Of a DNA stretch of 64,000 bases, positions 56,507-64,000 are shown in pieces. The notes beneath the pieces were generated by a model. The model had not been told where the DNA came from and ran no database searches. It saw only the letters and a list, made by a program, of their open reading frames with translations. Both the position numbers and the translations under genes were made by a program. How positions within the stretch are numbered: position 1 is the first letter of the stretch; the number at the start of each line of letters is the position of its first letter. Source of the stretch: Macrostomum hystrix. Its lineage: Eukaryota > Animalia > Platyhelminthes. The stretch covers positions 4,526,001-4,590,000 of the forward strand of contig CATNEN010000025.1 in assembly GCA_950097015.1 (NCBI GenBank). Reading direction: 5' to 3'.

Positions 56507-59500
56507 TCTTACGTGAAGACTGCAACTTTATTAATAGTTTTTTTAATCATTTATTTTTTACAGCAGCCTACTCTTAGTAGGCTAAAAAGTAATTAATAAC
56601 CGAATTTTCTACGTCATATTATTAAGAATGATATAGTCTCCTGAAATTAATTACCACCCACTATAATAATGAACACTAATAATCTAATTAGGCGTGAAGA
56701 CATGAAATTTGAGATTAGTTATTTTGCAGACTAATAAATCTTGGATCAAGCGCAGACTAATTGAGTACTTCAATTTATACTTTGTCTAGGCTTGCCTAAT
56801 TAATCATAGGCTTAGGAGCTCATATCCAGATCTTTATCAAAGTCTCTCTTCATCATCAGCAGATATGCTTTAGATCAATTTTCACCTAGCTTTAAGCTTC
56901 GGCACGAGATTAACGTTTACTCTTCGACTAAAGAATTTGTACTGTGGGATCGAATGATCGAATTTTTAAATCGAATGAAAATTCCATTCACGTTTCTCAT
57001 TACTTTTATTACTGAAGCAGGAATAACTGTGTGGCCCGGCTTTATGGTTAAACTGTGCGTTTCTTCTAAATTAATTAAATTTGGCGCCAATTTAAAACAC
57101 GAAATATTTTTAAATTACAAATGGATTTTCGAGTCTCGGATTCTGAGAAAATCTAGTAAATTAAACTGTTGTTTCTCACTTTGTGTGCCTTCAGTCCGCG
57201 CACAGTTCTGCTGGGAATGCTTAGCTAAACGAAACGAAATATAAGTGCATATCACAATGAGCAGGTCGACTCAAGGCAAGCTAAATGAGTACCGTCACAC
57301 GGACAGGGTCCTTGAAGAACACTTCTTGCCCCCATATCTTTTACCAAGCGTTCGAATAGCACCTGCCTGAAGAGCGAGTAAAATTTCAAAGAGACACTAT
57401 AGCGAACAATAGTGAGCCTTCTTACTTTGAATTGGACGATAATCCAACCACTGAAGTTAGTAGATTTTCTCCAGGCAGATTAATGTATGTAAAAAACTTT
57501 TGTTGCTAGGAAATGGATTTAGTCGACCACTGGCCCAGTGTAAGTCTATTTAAACTTGATGGATGGGAAATGTCGACTAGAAGTCTTACTAAAAGCTTAC
57601 ATAACGGGCAAATTAATTTAATAATGCAGAATCTAATGACCTTCAAGCGTCAACGTGCTCGCAGCCATCTGTTTTCGCTCCAGTGGAGGCCGAAAAAAAT
57701 TGCACCGATGATGACATTTGTTTAAAACAGAAATCCACTTTTGCAAACAAAAGTAAGCTAAACACAATACTGGATTGAACACTCAATACACTCGCTGTGT
57801 GCACTTTTGCACTCGCTATTGAAAAAGTTTGCTGTCATTTTATTAAATTCAGAATAGGAAGCAAAAAGGACAGAATGAAAAGTGCGCGAAAGAAACTTTT
57901 AAAGGTCACTTCCTCGATTTTGGAAAGCGCTGATGTCAGGAAAAGACATGAAGATACAAGAGAGCGAGAGAAAAAGTGTGTCAAAATATAGTTTCCTTGC
58001 AAAAGCATGTCTGCGGTGTTCAAATGTGTCCATAATATCAACTGCTATTGAAGCATGCGCGAAAGAAACCCGATCTGTGACATGCCAGAAACCAGAGAAG
58101 TAATAGCCTATAGCACACTGGCGATCAAAGAGATATTGTGCCGCTAATATATTAATAAATATTTGCATGTATTTTATGCAGGGTGGCGAGTGCGGTGTTA
58201 ATGATTCTACAAAAATACAAAGTACTCATTTATGTTTATATAGACTGCGCTTTAAACTATTTTTCTCGCCCTCAAAGACCAGGAGTTAGAAGAGACGCTG
58301 AATATATTATTTTGTTGGCCAATATTATAGGCACAAAATAGACACGCTTTGCTAGGCATGGAGTATAGACACTAGAACTAGTACGAGCGTATCTATGGGC
58401 GCGAGCAAACAATCGTTGTCAAGAGTTGCAGAGGCTGCTTCTTCCATTGGCTACAATTAAACGATCATAGCCATAAACAAAAACGAAACACACACCTAGA
58501 GAATAATCGTTTAACAAGAGTACATAGTCAATGGTGGAAGGCAAAGCCAGAACCCTTTGTCTTGCATAAAAACCATAAACAATTGATGGTTAAAGATCTG
58601 GACAATGCTTTTCAGCTTAAGTAAAAGATAATCCCTCATAGCTTATGAGGGATGAGGGATTTATACAAATACAACCCGTAAAAAGCTATGCATCATCTCA
58701 CTTAAATTCCGTCATTCTCCGGGATTAAACCTAATAAATCCCGGAGAATGTGACATTTGTCTATGGCCCCTGTCATGCCTCAGGCGGTTAGTCGCCTTGC
58801 GGGGTGTGGAGGGCAGAGCCGGCCCACATATTCCACTTTGTCAAACTTCGAAGTATGCAAGTTGTGGAAATAATTTTTGTCTATGGCTGCAACATAGATT
58901 TCAATCTATGTAATAGATACAAAACGAAAAGCAGATTTTACGGACGGTTCCACAGATTCAGTTCTAAAGATTATAATTCTTCAACTTCGCTTGCAGGATG
59001 GATAATTCACCCGCTTATATACTCAACACGCTTGTCGACCATTCAGTAGATTTTGTTGGAGACTACGATCCCAACGTTCTACGACCTGAGGATTTGGATG
59101 CGCTACTGTATTGGATAGTAGAGCTGATATGCGGAATCCGTACGCCCTCGCCGAGCTACGAAAGGGAAACGAAGTCTACATGCATCGATCGTCATCTGAT
59201 GACGCCGTTTGCCAAGCTCTATTAGACATAGCAGCTGTGAAGGCCTTAAACGATCATTATTTTCCTTATGAATAAATGCTTCCGTAAATTTTGCATTGGC
59301 ACATTTTTAATTGCTTAACTCGTATTCGTTGAATTGTCAAACTTGTCAAAATCTAGTTGACATTTCTTTAGGCATTGCAATCCCTGATTACCATGACTAT
59401 GGATTTCCGGGATTTAAATATTTTCACATTTTCTGTGAAGATTGAAATTCCTGGGTACCCACATGCATAGTTTCTCACGCGCAGCAACAAAAGGGAAGGT

Positions 59501-61167
59501 ATTAATATTGTTCGCAAAGTTTTCCAGCTTCATTTGGCAACTTCCGGCAAATATCACAGGCGTCACCGTCGCAGCCTTACTTGGAGATTGACAATGTTTA
59601 GGTTATAAAACGGACAATTTGATGAAGACAGAAATTCATAAAAATGCTTATCTAAGAGTGTCGCATTTTAGAGCGAACTTTCAGAAATCTTTAGTTTCAA
59701 GCAAATTATCCGCGCCAAGTGGAACAGATTCTACTGCGCATTCACTCTTAGAAAAATAGCCGCGAAAGGAAATGATTCTTTATCGTTTCGTTCAAATGCA
59801 TGTCTAGATTAGACAAAGAAAACTGTCGCGGAATTTGTGTTGACCTTCGGGTAGACCCCTACCCCTGTGTTCTCTAAGCCTTGTCAATGTATCGATTATT
59901 TTCCTTCCCCCAGTGAGCCGTCTTAAGTCTAGCCTCTCGTTTCTCTTACCCGTTTGGTTATGGTCGGCTTTCCAATGTACGCTGTACCCCATCTCTGTCT
60001 ACCCCCCTCAGCCTGATTATGTTCACGCACCCGTTATCAGCACAAAATATTTTATGAGTTAAGAGCTTTGGCTTGCGCACATTGATCTGTTAATAATTAT
60101 CTCAATCACTTGTACTTTTACAAGGCGCAGACGTCCTAGTTAATGGGGCAACAATAACCGAAAAATAACTACTTTTAACCTAGGCCAGACGCCGTGCACT
60201 TTTGCTTCGCTAAGCCTGCATTGTTAACACGCAAGGTTTCTGTCTGTAACTGTCCTTCAGCTTATTCAGTCAGTCTTTATTTAGTCGAACGGGAAGGGAT
60301 GCGCATTGCTATTGTCGATAATAATCCTGCTTTCACTTTCCTAGGCTTTGGGCCCGGTAGAGGAGTCACGTAGGCAAAAAATCTAACAAAACGATTTGTT
60401 GCGTCAGTCAAACAAAGCTAAGAATCGCACCTATAGCTATGCAATTCGCGACAGAGCTGTGAAACACTGCAGCTCTGCGAGGTAAGTGAAGGACAGAGCG
60501 GCAACGCATGGGCATGGAAGCTAGAGGAAGAAAAGTAAGGGAAGGCACATGGGCGAGGGTGGCGCGCAGTCACAGACTGTTGCCAAAAACTGCTTCGACA
60601 GCGACAACAGGAGCTAGCTCGTATAAGTACGCAGCTGAAGTCGAAATGCGAGGCAATTTTTGTAACGCTATAAACGCTAAATCAATAATCAATACTCGTA
60701 TTGGGAATCGGGTTACGGTGAGCATAGGCGACATTCTTATCCCTTTACTTTCCCCAACCCTCGCATAAGAATTAGCCGTAGAAGTTGTTAGTTGAGCCAA
60801 TGAAAGCGCAAATGAGAAGACAATGGCGCAACCAAAAGTTGAGTAGCAAATTGTTTTCAACTTGAATCACTCTTTACTGCCGTTCTATAATCCCTCGGAA
60901 TTTGCAATGGGACAGTGGGACAGTTTCTTTACAGGACACACTTAACAGAATAGGAAAAGTACAACCGCATAATACATGCACTGCTATTTAAGTAGGAACC
61001 ACGTGACAAGCCTTAAGTAAGTCAAGCCTGTGTAGGCAGGTATTTCGGATGTACTTAAGTAGCAGAGTGAGTAGTTTTTTTCTATAATTTCGATTCAATA
61101 TTACAATATGTATAAACTGCAACACAAGCAAGATCCAGATTATAGCGTATTCTTGTGCTCAAAATCT

Positions 61168-61242
61168 GAGGGATAATTTGCCAGCCTGGGAGATAATTTT
61201 CTAACCGAGGGGATAATTTTCTAACCGAGGGGATAATTTTCC
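61168..61242. repeat. Short 22-bp tandem repeat (gggataattttctaaccgaggg)
   Basis: 3-4 units; possibly the subterminal repeat of an old DNA transposon. Confidence 0.65.
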
Positions 61243-62199
61243 AAATAGGGGTGGGTGGGGTACTTTGCAAACTGATTTTGGTTAAATAACTATTTAGTGT
61301 AAAACTTAACCGTAAATATATCAAGTTTAGGAAAAAATAAGATAAGTTAGAGATTTTGAGAGCATTAAGAAGTAACGGACTCAACTCTTGAACTCCATAC
61401 TCTACTCTGCCAGTGAGAAATCAGCCATTGCGTGGGCTGAAGAAGCACTGTGCTTAGAGAGTTAGTGAACTTCTCAAGAAATATTTCTCCTAGTTTAGCC
61501 AGCTAGTTCTGTAGTGAAAGGCGATAGTAGTTCTTAGAGCACCTGTTGAATTATGGCTGTGAAGGACTGCGTGAGTGTCACCGAGTGCCTTATTTCATTT
61601 TGAAGCACAAAACGAAAAGCGAGATGGCTTGACTTCAATTTAAGACTGCATGCTGCTTGTAGTTTAGTTGTAAGCCCTCTTGGCTAAACTAAGGAGTATT
61701 ATAACTTTATAGACAGAGAGCAGAAAGCTGTAGTTCAGTAGCTCTAGTGTCGAGATGTGTCGAGAATTAGCAATGTGCCTTAAATTTTGCTACCACGGGT
61801 CATATTGCGTGCTCCTATGTAGAGAGTTAAAGTTGAATTTTTACAAACCAACTGCACTGTGTGAGAGCGGTGAGTAAAGCTAGAAATAGTCTAGTTGTAG
61901 GTTATTGCGACCAATAAAGAAATAACTACCTAATGCAGGTTGTTCTACACATCCATACCAGTTTTCTTGGCATCAAGCTAAAAATGTCTAGATTTTTAAC
62001 TAGGTCTACGGAGCTAATGCTAACCCAGCTATATATATTTTGTTAGCTAGTTTCAAATGTTAAGACACGAGGGGGTTCAACATCAAGTAATAAAGTACTA
62101 GGTTTATAATTCACAATTATCAGAATTAAATGACATCTTGGGCATAGGTGAAGAGTCAGATGCTAGATTGTGACATAGTCATCTAAACAATGTGTTGTA

Positions 62200-63194
62200 T
62201 AGGGGTCCCAATCCCGGGATCCCGGGATCCCCGGGATCCCGGGATCCCCGGGATCCCGGCTTTTTGTTAGTGTTCGAGATCCCGGGATTAGGGGTCCGGG
62301 ATCCCGGTAAACACGGGATTGGAATTCACATGGCGATGGCCGATGGCCTAGATGGACACTGGGGTGACTGGGCCCACTGGCCCGGGCCACGCCGAATGCC
62401 CGCAACTAAGGAAAAGAAATGAGGCAGAAAAAGGGGGTGGGGTGGGGTGGGGACTGGGTTCTGCTGAGTCTGCGCCTCTGTGTGCGTGAGGTTGTCTGTG
62501 TTGGGGGCAGAGGCACCAACGCAGTGTATGCAGTTCTAATTTCTAACCTTCTAATCCAAGGGGTGAGGAGGGTGTTGTTTAGTATGTATGTACAACTGTA
62601 CATGGATAGTGAACACTGAACACTGCTGAACATCGCACAAGGATTAGAAAGCCAAGACTCATGAGTCATGACCTTGGGGTGGGTTATCCCTATAAAATTT
62701 AACTTGTATAGAAATGATAAACAACTGGAAGGAAACTGGCAGTGGCAACGCAAGCAATACATTTTTTTGAATCAACGATACGATAAAAAAGAGCCCACTT
62801 TGCTGACCACAAAAAGTAGCTTGCGTGCTGACTGCTATAGTGTCAAATCAAATGTCAATTCTATGTACTTGGAAATGGAAATATGGATGGAAATATATTG
62901 CATCGAATCCATCGATGGAAGGAAGGAATGTGACAATTGTGACAACAAGAAATAAGTGACCAAGGATAAGTGATATGAACTATCTTTAACTCTTTTATCA
63001 ATGCAGTGTAAGCTGGAAAGTAGAAAGAAACCCAAATGATGCTCAATTGGTTGAGAAATTTGTTTTTTTGGACAATGGAAAGCTTCCGGTAAATTTGTTT
63101 GTTCAATCCCGGGATTGGCCCGGGATCCCGGGATTGGGTCATTTTTTTGTCCGGGATCCCGGGATTGTAAAATGTCCGGGATTTGGGACCCCTA
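62200..63194. mobile_element. Non-autonomous hAT-superfamily DNA transposon (995 bp)
   Basis: TIRs TAGGGGTCCCAA(A)TCCCGG at both ends; perfect 8-bp TSD GTGTTGTA at 62192-62199 and 63195-63202; subterminal ATCCCGGGAT palindromic repeats at both ends. Confidence 0.9.
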
Positions 63195-64000
63195 GTGTTG
63201 TACATACAACACAAAAATACCCCTGGTCAACATCATCTCTCATTGTGCTTAGAAAGGAAATAAGAACGACCATTGTACAAATAGGAAACCACGAAGGCCA
63301 ACAAAGAGGAAGTTAAACTAAAAAAATAGTGGCCAATTGTAATACAGCATCTCATACGCTCGTACATACTGTCAGGATTGAGCATAAGAAGGAGCAAGAA
63401 GAAATACGTAGCCATCAATAATGTATTAGACATAATATATTCATTGTTGACGCACTAGTAGTAACCTAAAACATGACTGCTAAGCACCTACTTTGCAGCA
63501 GTCATGCCAAGCGACACGCAGTGATGAGGAAGGGACTGTGTGTGTGTGTGTGTGTGCATTCAATTTTGTATAAAACCTAAGCCATGCATGGTTTGGAGAC
63601 ATGGAGGACGGGATAGGCAGGAATTGACAGACAGACAGTTTGCCTAAGCAGGAATATAGCCTAACTAGTCTGCATTCCAAATTCCAGCGTTGTTACTGTT
63701 AGGCAATAATTATTCTTAAAAGTGCACAACCCAAAATAGAAAATATCAGTGCCAATTCCGGAAAAAAATATAATTTATACACCGGAAATGAAGATCTACA
63801 AAAGTGCAAATGATTGTACTTTTGCAGCTCAGCAACAATCAGCATGTTTGAGTTTCTGTAGACTGAACGTACATACATTATTAGCAATAGTTCTAAGGCA
63901 AAACTAATTTGCTTAATTTGCTTAATAGACAAAAAACAGGCCCGTAGTAAGGGCGAAAAATAGTCCCTTAGATTGAGTATAGAGAGGAGTCGCCAAGGAG

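Noticed and set aside
57240-58170. Possible minus-strand exons upstream of WNK (VLFERLVKDMG..., QCAIGYYFSGFWHV...)
   Set aside because: No recognisable domain and no consistent exon chain could be built.
63935-64000. CAGGCCCGTAG as the start of another DNA-transposon TIR
   Set aside because: The partner end would lie outside the window, so it cannot be tested here.

Overview
Eukaryotic (metazoan) genomic DNA with no prokaryotic-type system and no CRISPR array. It has GC-rich exons full of poly-Q/A/G tracts, AT-rich intergenic DNA, GT-AG introns and very dense minisatellites. The style and the gene orthologues suggest a lophotrochozoan, most likely a free-living flatworm such as Macrostomum; this is inference and was not verified. 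Five spliced genes were reconstructed by hand with phase-consistent exons: a 5'-truncated cut/Cux CUT-homeobox gene (+, to 3939), a lophotrochozoan-type glutamate-gated chloride channel (+, 5759-12996), a KNDC1/very-KIND RasGEF (+, 14473-22541) hosting two identical intronic tRNA-Val(AAC) genes, an Sp6-9 zinc-finger factor (-, 24459-27339) and a divergent WNK kinase (-, 43791-56506). Repeats include two tRNA-derived SINE families, a non-autonomous hAT element with an 8-bp TSD, a 7.7-kb 29-bp satellite, a recent 2.06-kb tandem duplication and about 25 distinct tandem arrays, most of them filling introns. Most notable: (1) the WNK naturally carries DFG instead of DLG, which matches the engineered chloride-insensitive mutation; (2) a SINE insertion whose target-site duplication copies a 5' splice site; (3) gene-internal introns that look like minimal introns each inflated by a private minisatellite; (4) a degenerate third CUT domain; (5) a tRNA ending 24 nt before a 3' splice site.
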